Origin: an uncultured Phycisphaerales bacterium | Lineage (GTDB): Bacteria; Planctomycetota; Phycisphaerae; Tepidisphaerales; Tepidisphaeraceae | Direction of reading: 5' to 3' | NCBI GenBank assembly: GCA_963755915.1 | Contig: CAVWLP010000002.1 | Coordinates: 352,001-416,000, forward strand | DNA: 64,000 bases | Shown here: positions 30,685 through 39,569 of the stretch, piece after piece | How positions within the stretch are numbered: position 1 is the stretch's first letter | Layout: each line of letters starts with the position of its first letter | The notes under the pieces: model-generated | The model's input: only the letters and a program-made list of their open reading frames with translations | The model's database searches: none | Told to the model about the DNA's origin: nothing | Made by a program: the position numbers and the translations under genes

Positions 30685-31845
30685 TCATCTTGCGGGATTC
30701 TTGTTCAAATCGTTCTTTGCCTGCTCGATCACCATAACCGTATAGGCGGTCACAAGCACGGGGTTGTCTTCCATCCATTTGCGCTGGCCGATGAAACTCC
30801 CATCCGGCCGCTGAAGCGTGGGAAGCTTTCGGATCAGCGCCACCCGCCAGTCATGCCGCACGCCATGATCGTCCACGATCACCGGCTCTCCATAAGCGGT
30901 CAGGGCCCGGGCCATCGTGTAGAAATAATAATACAAACCGCCCTGCGCGTTCTCCGGCCCCAGCGCTTCCATCCCCGGATTCTCATCGACGGTGAAATTC
31001 TTGCTGATCCAGTCCCACGCCGCTTTCACCCGCGGATCATCGTGCGACAGCCCCGCGTAAATCATGCTCTTCAGCCCCGCGTAGGTCATCGAGCCATAGC
31101 TGCGCAGCATCCGCCGCCCGCCGATGGCATATTCCCCCGCCGGTGAATTGCCCCCATTCGCCGGCGTATAAATGAATCCCCCATCATCTCCCGCCCACGG
31201 CTGATCGTTGGTCTCGGAAAAATTCTGGCACCGGCTGACAAACTTCAGCGCTGCCGCATACGCCGGATCGCTCGGACTCGCCCCCGCATCGTGCAGCGCG
31301 TCCAGCGCCATCTGAGTATTGCTCAAATCCGGCCGCGAGCCGCGCCCATATCCGAACCCCCCATATTTCACGTCCTTCTCGCCGGCCACGCGCAGTTGAT
31401 CAGGCACTCCCGCGATCTTGTCCGACCACTGAAGCTGATGCAGATAATCCAGCGCCTTCAGCATGGCCGCGCGATAATCCGGCCTCTTGGCATCCGCCAG
31501 CGCGCTGATTGAGATCGCCGTGTTGTAGCACGCCAGCGTATCCTTATAGATTCCCCCGTTCCCGACCTGATAGGAAAGCAGCTTCCCAAACCCGCCCTGA
31601 AGAAAGGACTGCGAGGCGTCGTATTTGGGATCGGCAAGAAAGGCGCGAAGCACCAGCGCCGTGATGCCCGGCGGGTCCGCCTCGTCCTGCCAGCCATAAT
31701 CCGGCTTCTGCTTCGATTTCAAAAAGGCCAGGGCCTTATCGACCGTCGCATCAGCCAGTTGGTTCGGGTCCTGGACATCCGCGCAGACGCCCTGGACCCC
31801 CGCAAAAATGGCCACCAACGCCACCAAAATCCCCAACCGTCTCAT
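30685..31845 (-). CDS. Secreted prenyltransferase/squalene-cyclase-fold (alpha/alpha toroid) protein
   Basis: Signal peptide; QW-type repeats (FLKSKQKPDYGW, LQRPDGSF); GGFGY..RPDLSNT, SYGSMTYAGLKS. Confidence 0.82.
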   Translation of the reverse strand: MRRLGILVALVAIFAGVQGVCADVQDPNQLADATVDKALAFLKSKQKPDYGWQDEADPPGITALVLRAFLADPKYDASQSFLQGGFGKLLSYQVGNGGIYKDTLACYNTAISISALADAKRPDYRAAMLKALDYLHQLQWSDKIAGVPDQLRVAGEKDVKYGGFGYGRGSRPDLSNTQMALDALHDAGASPSDPAYAAALKFVSRCQNFSETNDQPWAGDDGGFIYTPANGGNSPAGEYAIGGRRMLRSYGSMTYAGLKSMIYAGLSHDDPRVKAAWDWISKNFTVDENPGMEALGPENAQGGLYYYFYTMARALTAYGEPVIVDDHGVRHDWRVALIRKLPTLQRPDGSFIGQRKWMEDNPVLVTAYTVMVIEQAKNDLNKNPAR

Positions 31846-31912
31846 GGATGACCTCCGGTTTCGTGGAATGTCATAAGTTTATCGTACCCTCAGGTTTAGG
31901 GCGACGTGCGAA

Positions 31913-31927
31913 GCGCAAAAATTGCGC
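31913..31927. promoter_or_regulatory. Palindrome GCGCAA-N3-TTGCGC, candidate response-regulator site
   Basis: Perfect dyad in the short divergent spacer between the cyclase-fold gene and the kinase. Confidence 0.45.
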
Positions 31928-31979
31928 GAACAGGGGCATCTATCCGCATCGCCGGAGTTTTATGCGATGATATATCGGC

Positions 31980-33473
31980 ATGATGACCCTGCGGCGAAAA
32001 CTCGGTTATCAGATCACCACCCTGGTAGCCACTCTCCTCGCCGCCGGGGGGGTGTCCATCTGGCAAATCAACCAGATGCAGGCCGACTTCAATACCGCGC
32101 TTCAGGGATATGAGCGACTGCAAAAATTGGACGAAGTAGGCACCCACGTCGCCGCGGCGCGTCTTTATCTCGCCATCACCCACCCCGAACCCGGTAATGC
32201 CCGCCAGGAACTTTCCGTGGCGCTGGCGAAATTCAACGGCGCCTTTCCCGATGAGCAGCCCTCGCTCGACGCCTCGCTCGAAGCCGCCGTCCGCAAGGCC
32301 CTCACCGAAGCCGCCGACGCGAACCTCGAGGGCCTCAGCAGCCAGGATTCCACGCTCACCCCCGTCGTTAACCCGATGATCGCCCTCGACGACGAAAGCC
32401 AGCAGGCCATCCAATCGGCCTACGCCAGCGGCCTGCTTCACCTGAAATATCTAATGTTCGGCATGACCGGGCTGCTCGCCGGCGCTGCGGTCATCGCCAT
32501 GATCGTCGGTGTCGCGCAGTATCGCTCCATCCTCTGGCCGCTGGCGCGCATGAAGCTCGCGGTCGAGCGCATCGCCGCCGGCCGATTCAACGGCCGCGTC
32601 GACCCCGAAGGAACGCTCGAATTCGCCGAGCTGGCCATCAACTTCAACCGCATGGCGGCCCGCCTCGAGGACCTCTACCACAATCTCCAGCAGAGGGTGG
32701 AAGCCAAGAGCCGCCAGCTCGTCCGCAACGAGCGCCTCGCCAGCGTCGGCCTTCTCGCCGCCGGCGTCGCACACGAAATCAACAACCCCCTCAGCATCAT
32801 GACCGCCCACGCGGAGATGTCGCTGGGTGCCATCGAGCGCGGGGACGAATCCGCGCAGGACGAATCCGCCCGCTCTCTGCAGGTCATCTGCGAGGAAGCC
32901 TTCCGCTGCAAACGCATCGTCGAAAAACTCCTCACCCTCGGCCGCGGTCCCTCAACCGCCCCCTCGATCTTTTCACTCGGCAGCCTGGTGCGGGAAATCG
33001 TCGCCTCCGTTTCCGCCATGCCGGAATATCGCGATCGCGTTCTCACCGTAACCCCCGCCAACGGCATCGACGACCGCATCAAGGGCCGCAGCGACGAAAT
33101 CAAGCAGGTCGTCGTCAACCTGATCTTCAACGCCCTGGAGGCCACGGCCGCCGGTGGCGCCGTTCGCGTCAACATCGCCGCCGACCGGCGTGAAGTCGAG
33201 CTATCCGTCTCCGACACCGGCAGGGGAATGTCGGACGATGTCCTTGACGCCATCTTCGAGCCGTTCTATACGGATTCCAGAGGTAAAACTGCCACGCGGG
33301 AGGAAACCCACACGCGCCGCGGAACAGGACTGGGCCTCTCGATCGCCCACGCGATCGTGCTCCGTCACGGCGGAGAAATTCGTGCCCACAGCGACGGCCC
33401 CGGCCGCGGAAGCAATTTCACCGTGATTCTTCCCGTGGCCACTTTGGATTTAAGCGAGGAGCTGGATCAATGA
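31980..33473 (+). CDS. HAMP-domain sensor histidine kinase
   Basis: Two TM helices, HAMP, AHEINNPL H-box, NLIFNA, DTGRG, FEPF, GTGLGL. Confidence 0.95.
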   Translation: MMTLRRKLGYQITTLVATLLAAGGVSIWQINQMQADFNTALQGYERLQKLDEVGTHVAAARLYLAITHPEPGNARQELSVALAKFNGAFPDEQPSLDASLEAAVRKALTEAADANLEGLSSQDSTLTPVVNPMIALDDESQQAIQSAYASGLLHLKYLMFGMTGLLAGAAVIAMIVGVAQYRSILWPLARMKLAVERIAAGRFNGRVDPEGTLEFAELAINFNRMAARLEDLYHNLQQRVEAKSRQLVRNERLASVGLLAAGVAHEINNPLSIMTAHAEMSLGAIERGDESAQDESARSLQVICEEAFRCKRIVEKLLTLGRGPSTAPSIFSLGSLVREIVASVSAMPEYRDRVLTVTPANGIDDRIKGRSDEIKQVVVNLIFNALEATAAGGAVRVNIAADRREVELSVSDTGRGMSDDVLDAIFEPFYTDSRGKTATREETHTRRGTGLGLSIAHAIVLRHGGEIRAHSDGPGRGSNFTVILPVATLDLSEELDQ

Positions 33474-34084
33474 ACCCACCCAAACCCCTCACCCCTGCCG
33501 AGGTTCGCGTTCTCGTCGTCGACGACGAAGGCCGCCTCCGCGATGTCCTTACCCGCGCCATCGCCTCCTGGGGGTTCCTGGTCTCCGGCGCACGCTCGGC
33601 CGAGGAAGCACTCAAGCTCGCCCAGTCCACAAAATTCGACGTCTCCATCGTCGATCTGAATCTCCCCGGAATGAGCGGCATCGAACTCTTCGAAAAACTC
33701 CGCACCGATCAGCCCGACCACCAGGTGATCGTCCTCACCGGCTTCGGCAACCTCGAAGCGGCCCGCGCTTCCATCCGCCTTGACGTCGTCGATTTCCTCG
33801 AAAAGCCCTGCCCACTCGGCGAGCTCGAAAAATCCCTCCATCGCGCCACCCAGCGATTGATTCGCCCCCTTCCCCAGCCCATCGCCCAAACCCTGCCGGA
33901 ACCCGAAGAGTCGGATGAGCCGGTGCAGAAGCTCGAAGACGTCGAACGCGAGCACATTATCTCCGCCCTTCGCCGCAACGACGGCAACCGCACCGCAACC
34001 GCGCAGGAACTGGGAATCAGCCGCCGCACCTTGCAATATAAGCTCAGCGAATATCAGCGCCAGGGTTTCGCGGTGGACGAATGA
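33470..34084 (+). CDS. Response regulator with receiver and Fis-type HTH (no AAA+ domain)
   Basis: VLVVDDE, DLNLPGMSG, LEKP; GNRTATAQELGISRRTLQYKL. Confidence 0.92.
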   Translation: MNPPKPLTPAEVRVLVVDDEGRLRDVLTRAIASWGFLVSGARSAEEALKLAQSTKFDVSIVDLNLPGMSGIELFEKLRTDQPDHQVIVLTGFGNLEAARASIRLDVVDFLEKPCPLGELEKSLHRATQRLIRPLPQPIAQTLPEPEESDEPVQKLEDVEREHIISALRRNDGNRTATAQELGISRRTLQYKLSEYQRQGFAVDE

Positions 34085-34933
34085 AGTCCACGCGCGGGCA
34101 GCTCTCACCCAATCTGGCGGCGGCGATCCTGGTGTTGGTTTCCTTCCTCTGGGGTTCCAGCTTCGTCGTCATCAAGGGAATCATCGCCGACATCCCCGCC
34201 GCCCCGATTAATCTTGCGCGATTCGCGATCGCCACCCTACTTTTCACACCTTTCATCCGCTTGGACCGCCGAATGTGGCGCCGCGCCCTTGAACTGTCCG
34301 CCCTGCTCTTTATCGGCTTCGCCACCCAGACCATCGGCCTCAAGTACACGACCGTCAACCGCAGCGCCTTCATCGTCGCGATGAACGTCATTTTCGTCCC
34401 CATCATCGGTGCGATTTTCGGCAAACGCATTCGCCCCATCGTCTGCGCCGCGGCCATCACCGCGCTGGCCGGCTGCGGCCTGTTATGCGGCGACGGCGGA
34501 AAACCGAACATCGGCGACCTCTGGTCGCTCGGTACCGCCATCACCTGGGCCGCGTACATCTACCGCCTCGAAGACATCGCCCCCGAATTCCCGGCCCTTC
34601 CGCTGACCATGGCCCAATTCGTCCCGATCATGCTGCTGTGCGCCTCTGGACGGCGCCTCCCCCGCGCACATTTCCGCGTACCACTGGCCCTCCCTGATCT
34701 ACATCGGCGTCGCCGCCACCGCGATGACCACCTGGCTCCAGGCCATCGCTCAGCGCGTCGTCCCCGCCCCGCAGGCCGCGGTCATTTTTACATTGGAACC
34801 CGTCTTCGCCGCCACCCTCGGCTTTCTCATCCTCGGCGAAACCCTCACCCTGCGCGGACTCTCCGGCGCCGCCCTCATCATCGCCGCCGCCATCACCTGC
34901 CAGCTCCCACAACCAAAACGGGGACGCAGCTAG
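34081..34933 (+). CDS. DMT/EamA family transporter; frameshift ~34650
   Basis: LWGSSFVVIK, QTIGLKYTT; FTLEPVFAA..LGETL in ORF 34724..34933. Confidence 0.88.
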
Positions 34934-34959
34934 TTTTAAACTAGCTGCGTCCCCGTTTT
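34915..34959. terminator. 45-bp palindrome with perfect 22-bp arms between convergent genes (bidirectional terminator or REP)
   Basis: AAAACGGGGACGCAGCTAGTTT-T-AAACTAGCTGCGTCCCCGTTTT. Confidence 0.7.
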
Positions 34960-34982
34960 TGCTGTGAGGCGCGTCCCCGTCT

Positions 34983-35408
34983 TTACTTCCCCCTCATCCA
35001 CGGCGTAAACGTAACCCCCACCAGCAATCCCTCCGGCGACAAAAACCGGCTCACAACCTGCCCCCACGGCTCCTTCCTATTCTTCACCAGCATCCGATAC
35101 CCCCGCCCTTCCAATTCCGCCGTCGCCTTCTCCACATCCTCAACATCAAACTCAAGCCACCCCTGCGGCGCGGGAATCTCCGCCGGCCACGATTCATTTC
35201 CAAAACACGATTGCGCCGCATTCGCCAGCGGCCACAACGCAAAATGCTTCACCCCATCGACGCCCTCGGTATGCAGATAGTTCCCCGCCTCCTCCTTGAA
35301 TTTGATCCCCAAACTCTCGCTGTAAAGCCTGCGCCCCGCCTCCACATCCCGAACGATCGGCCCAAACCCCGCGACAAACAAAACCTTCACGCCGCCAATA
35401 CTTTCCAT
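34983..35408 (-). CDS. VOC/glyoxalase family protein
   Basis: FVAGFGPIVRD, WLEFDVED, KEPWGQ..SPEGLLV. Confidence 0.85.
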   Translation of the reverse strand: MESIGGVKVLFVAGFGPIVRDVEAGRRLYSESLGIKFKEEAGNYLHTEGVDGVKHFALWPLANAAQSCFGNESWPAEIPAPQGWLEFDVEDVEKATAELEGRGYRMLVKNRKEPWGQVVSRFLSPEGLLVGVTFTPWMRGK

Positions 35409-35433
35409 ATTACCTCCCGTTCGATTACTGCGG

Positions 35434-36072
35434 TTATCCCCGCAAACGCCGCGTGTTGCGCTTGCGACGCTGATAGCTCGCCACCTTCATCTTGTTCCCG
35501 CAAATATTCATGCTGCACCAGCGCCGCGATCCTTTTTTGCTGGTGTCCAGGAAATGCACCACGCAAGCCGGACACTTTCGCACCCGGGAGAGGTCCGTTT
35601 CAGCCAGCAGCGACACGACCGCCTCGCCAATCAGCGACAATATCGCCTCGGGCTCATCCGCGTCCAGCGTATATTTTCGAACCAGCGACCGCCCCTCCCG
35701 CACCAGCACCGATCGCCGCGGATATTTCGCCAGCAGTTGATTCACTTCCTCCAGGAACGATTCATCCGGCAGCGTTCCCGACTCGATCTTGAGCACCGCC
35801 GCCCGCAGGCGTTCACGAAAGGTGCGCAGCTCTATCATAAATCGCCCGGCCTTCTTCGATTCACACCAGGCCCGCATCGTCAATTTCGCACGGTGACCCT
35901 TCGACAATCCTGCCGCCCCCAACCAGCGCCCAAACGCGTTTGCATCCGGCAGAAATTCCTTGGGCCCCTCTTCGAGCACCGGCTTCGTATTCAGGAAATT
36001 CAATGCGAGATGATTCCCGACGAACAAGAAGCCGTCGATCCACTCGGGTTGTTCAGTTTCAGACCCTGCCAT
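35434..36072 (-). CDS. ABATE/CGNR zinc-finger regulator
   Basis: LALNFLNT; C..C..FLDTSK..RRWCSMNICGNK. Confidence 0.92.
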   Translation of the reverse strand: MAGSETEQPEWIDGFLFVGNHLALNFLNTKPVLEEGPKEFLPDANAFGRWLGAAGLSKGHRAKLTMRAWCESKKAGRFMIELRTFRERLRAAVLKIESGTLPDESFLEEVNQLLAKYPRRSVLVREGRSLVRKYTLDADEPEAILSLIGEAVVSLLAETDLSRVRKCPACVVHFLDTSKKGSRRWCSMNICGNKMKVASYQRRKRNTRRLRG

Positions 36073-36303
36073 GCAAATCGCTCTGTTCGATTCTATCCCA
36101 AAGAATCGGTCGGCAGAACATTCGGGAGATATGGGGTGCTTCGCTATGGTGGGGTGAGATCTGTGTAAAAATTAAAACAAAAATCGACACCTTTATTGAC
36201 CACTTTAACGGTGTTGGCTACGCTCAGCGTCTGCGTAGAGTCCTTCGCCCGCCGGCGACCGACAAAAAGGGAGCAAAAACAAATTCTAGCGAGGAGAATC
36301 AAT

Positions 36304-37152
36304 ATGACGACCTACAACACCACCAAAGTCCGCGGACTAAACCACTTCTATCGCGAGGCTGGCCCCAAGGACGCGCCGACCATCGTCCTTCTCCACGGCT
36401 TCCCGAGCTCCTCCCATATGTATCGCGACCTCATCCCCATGCTCTCCGACAAATTCCATCTGATCGCACCTGATTATGTGGGCTTTGGTTACAGCGCTAT
36501 GCCCTCCGCAAAGGAATTTGAATACACCTTCGACAATCAGGCCGCCTACATCGAGGAGCTGCTTCTCAGCACACTCGACCTGAAAACCTTCAGCATCTAC
36601 GTCCAGGATTACGGCGCTCCAATCGGATTTCGCATCGCGTCAAAAAATCCCGGGGCCATCACGGGGATCATCGCCCAAAACGGCAACGCCTACGCCGAAG
36701 GAATCGGCCCTGGCTTCGACGGAATCAAGCCCCTATGGAAGAATCGCAACCCCGAAACCGAAGCCGCGACTCGCGAGTTACTGACTCTGAAGACGACCAA
36801 ATTCCAATACGTCAACGGCGTCAAGGACGAATCGAAAATCAGCCCCGACGCCTACCACTTCGACCAAATGTTCCTCGACCGCCCCGGCAACGACGCCATC
36901 CAGATCAACCTGCTCTATGACTATCAAAACAATCTGAAGCTCTACGACGGCTGGCACGCCTATTTCAAAAAGTATCAGCCGCGCACGCTCATCACCTGGG
37001 GAACCAACGACGTCTTTTTCCCCGTCGCCGGGGCCAAAGCCTTCCTGCGCGACCTGCCCAAGGCCGAGCTGCACCTGATCGATACGGGCCACTTCGCCCT
37101 TGAAGACAACTGCGAGTTCATCGCCCAGAAAATCAGGAACTTTTTCGCGTAA
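36304..37152 (+). CDS. Alpha/beta hydrolase (haloalkane dehalogenase/epoxide hydrolase-like)
   Basis: FYREAG, LLHGFPSSS, QDYG nucleophile, TGHFALE; GAGGAG RBS. Confidence 0.92.
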   Translation: MTTYNTTKVRGLNHFYREAGPKDAPTIVLLHGFPSSSHMYRDLIPMLSDKFHLIAPDYVGFGYSAMPSAKEFEYTFDNQAAYIEELLLSTLDLKTFSIYVQDYGAPIGFRIASKNPGAITGIIAQNGNAYAEGIGPGFDGIKPLWKNRNPETEAATRELLTLKTTKFQYVNGVKDESKISPDAYHFDQMFLDRPGNDAIQINLLYDYQNNLKLYDGWHAYFKKYQPRTLITWGTNDVFFPVAGAKAFLRDLPKAELHLIDTGHFALEDNCEFIAQKIRNFFA

Positions 37153-37171
37153 AGAGAAAAAGAGCGACATC

Positions 37172-37867
37172 ATGAGCTTCCCATCAAATGCAACTGTCGT
37201 CGTGGTCCACGGCGCCTGGGCCGACGGCTCAAGCTGGAACAGCGTCATCCTCCCACTCGAGAAAGCCGGGTTGGATGTCATCGCCGCTCCCATTCCCCTG
37301 ACATCGCTTCGCGATGATGCCGCCGCTCTGACCCGCACCCTGGCAAGAACGAAGGGCCCGATCCTGCTCGCCGCTCACGCCTACGCGGGCGCCGTCATCG
37401 CCGCCGTAAACGAACCGCGCGTTAAAGGCCTGGTCTACGTCGCCGCCCTCGCCCCCGATGAAGGGGAAACCGTCGCCCAGGTCTTTTACAAAAATGAGCC
37501 CCACCCCAAGGCCCCCAAGCTCGCCCCCGACGCCGCCGGCTTCATCTGGATGCCCGATGACGGATTTCCCAACGCCTTCGCCCACCGCGCCACCAAAGAC
37601 CAGCTCGCCCTTTGCCGCGCCGTACAGCGTCCGATTTCCGTCAATTGCATTCAGGAGCCTGCCCCGAGCCCCCTCTGGAAAAACAAACCCGTCTGGTTCC
37701 TCATCGCCGAGGAAGACCGCATGATCAATCCCAAAACCCAGCACTTCATGGCCGCCCGCATGAAGGCAACCACCAAATCCATCGTCGCCGACCACACCCC
37801 CATCCTCACCGACCCGGACAATGTCGTGCAGTTCATCCTGACTGCCGGCGAATCGTGCCTGGTTTGA
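37172..37867 (+). CDS. Alpha/beta hydrolase
   Basis: VVHGAWADGSSW, AHAYAG (Ala at the usual Ser position), DRMINP, ADHTP. Confidence 0.88.
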   Translation: MSFPSNATVVVVHGAWADGSSWNSVILPLEKAGLDVIAAPIPLTSLRDDAAALTRTLARTKGPILLAAHAYAGAVIAAVNEPRVKGLVYVAALAPDEGETVAQVFYKNEPHPKAPKLAPDAAGFIWMPDDGFPNAFAHRATKDQLALCRAVQRPISVNCIQEPAPSPLWKNKPVWFLIAEEDRMINPKTQHFMAARMKATTKSIVADHTPILTDPDNVVQFILTAGESCLV

Positions 37868-37892
37868 ATTTTATTTTTAGATGGAGGCCGCC

Positions 37893-38663
37893 ATGAACAA
37901 CAACGTCGCCATCGTCACCGGCGCCAGCCAGGGCATCGGCCGCGCCACCGCCATCCGCCTCGCCAGAGATTTCTCCAAGCTCGTTCTCGTGGCCCGAAAC
38001 AAAGAGGCCCTGGAAGAAACCGCGGCCGAAATCCGAACCGCCGGCGCTCAGAGCATCGCCCTCGACCTCGATCTGAGCCAGGTCGAAGCCGCCGGCGCCG
38101 TCGTCAAATCCGCAACCGAAGCGTTTGGCCGAATCGACGCCCTGCTCAACATCGCCGGCGCTGTCCCGCAGATCGACCTCTTCCAAATGACGGACGACCA
38201 ATGGCGAACGGGAATGGAATTGAAACTCCACGGCGCCCGCCGGCTAACCATCGCCGCCTGGCCCGCCCTCAAAGCCTCCAAGGGCTCCGTCGTCTTCATG
38301 TCCGGCGGCGCCTCGCTCGACCCCAAGCCCGCCTTCGCCGCGGTCGCCGCAACCAACGCCGCCATCACCGCCCTTGCCAAGGCTTTCGCCGAGCAGGGCA
38401 TCAAGGACGGCGTCCAGGTCAACAGCATCGTCCCCGGCGCCGTCATGACCAACCGCCGCCGAACCTTCATGGACAAATGGGCCCCGGCTCACAACCTGAC
38501 CGTCGAAGAAGCGATGAAACAATTCCCCGAAGAAGTCGGCATCGCCCGCTACGGCCAACCCGAAGAAGTCGCCGAACTCATGGCCTTCATGGTCTCCCCC
38601 ATGGCCAAGTGGATGACCGGCGCCTCCCTCCGAATCGACGGCGGGGAAATAAAGGGGATATAG
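37893..38663 (+). CDS. SDR family oxidoreductase
   Basis: IVTGASQGIG, LNIAG, VNSIVPG, IDGG. Confidence 0.92.
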   Translation: MNNNVAIVTGASQGIGRATAIRLARDFSKLVLVARNKEALEETAAEIRTAGAQSIALDLDLSQVEAAGAVVKSATEAFGRIDALLNIAGAVPQIDLFQMTDDQWRTGMELKLHGARRLTIAAWPALKASKGSVVFMSGGASLDPKPAFAAVAATNAAITALAKAFAEQGIKDGVQVNSIVPGAVMTNRRRTFMDKWAPAHNLTVEEAMKQFPEEVGIARYGQPEEVAELMAFMVSPMAKWMTGASLRIDGGEIKGI

Positions 38664-38699
38664 CGTCCCCGCATTTGCGCTAATCGCTCGAGAAAAGAT

Positions 38700-39395
38700 A
38701 TGACTGCCAAACCCGAAAGGAGGCGATCGACATACGTGGTGCTGCGAAACAAAAGCGGCGGCGACCCCGACGTTGATCGCGCCAAATGGAACTCTCCCGA
38801 CCCGATTGCCTCACACTTCAACGTCCCGTCTTCCTTTTTAGCTAATCCGGACGACTTCGAATTGATGAAGTGGATCGAATGGCGGGATGCTACCGCGCTT
38901 CGGTCGCTGTATGATCGATACGCGCAGCTTATCTTTTCGCTGGCGCTTCGGATGCTCCACGACTGGGCCGACGCCGACGAGTTGGTCTCGGACGTCTTTC
39001 TGGAACTATGGCGGCGGGCCGATCGTTACGACGCCACCCGCGGCGCCCCCATGATCTACATCGTGAGATTGGCACGCAGCCGTGCAATCGACCGCCGCCG
39101 AACAGCCGCATCCCGCTCACGGGGAAAAACGCCTGCACAACTCGCCGCCAATGCACCTTCCCCAAACGCCAATCCGTCCGAATTCGCCGTCTCTCTCGAA
39201 AACGCCCGACTGGTGCACCAGGCGTTGGGCAATCTCGACCCGCTCCATCGCCAGGTCGTCCAATTGTCCTTTTTTGATGGACTCACCCACACCCAGATCG
39301 CCCAGCATCTGAACAAACCCCTGGGCACAGTGAAATCGCATATACGACAGGGACTCATCCGGCTCCGCGATTTCTTACGAAAGGATTCGTGGTGA
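38700..39395 (+). CDS. ECF sigma factor (SigK-like)
   Basis: LYDRY, DVFLELWRRA, LSFFDGLTHTQIA..PLGTVKSHIRQGL; start uncertain. Confidence 0.88.
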   Translation: MTAKPERRRSTYVVLRNKSGGDPDVDRAKWNSPDPIASHFNVPSSFLANPDDFELMKWIEWRDATALRSLYDRYAQLIFSLALRMLHDWADADELVSDVFLELWRRADRYDATRGAPMIYIVRLARSRAIDRRRTAASRSRGKTPAQLAANAPSPNANPSEFAVSLENARLVHQALGNLDPLHRQVVQLSFFDGLTHTQIAQHLNKPLGTVKSHIRQGLIRLRDFLRKDSW

Positions 39396-39492
39396 GCTGC
39401 AAAGCACCACAAAACTCCGCCGAAAAATTACCAATCTTGTCTCCCCCTTTCCGCGCCCTAGAATCGCGCCAAAGTTTATCTGGAGCGGCACC

Positions 39493-39546
39493 ATGTCTTC
39501 CAAACTCTCCGGCAAAGCCGCAATCGTCACCGGTGGCTTCGGCTAA
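39493..39546 (+). pseudogene. SDR oxidoreductase N-terminal remnant
   Basis: GGAG RBS followed by MSSKLSGKAAIVTGGFG*. Confidence 0.65.
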
Positions 39547-39569
39547 TCTCTTCCAAAAGGAACCCCATT

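Noticed and set aside
30685..31845. Functional squalene-hopene cyclase
   Set aside because: Too short, single-domain, has a signal peptide and no DxDD motif seen
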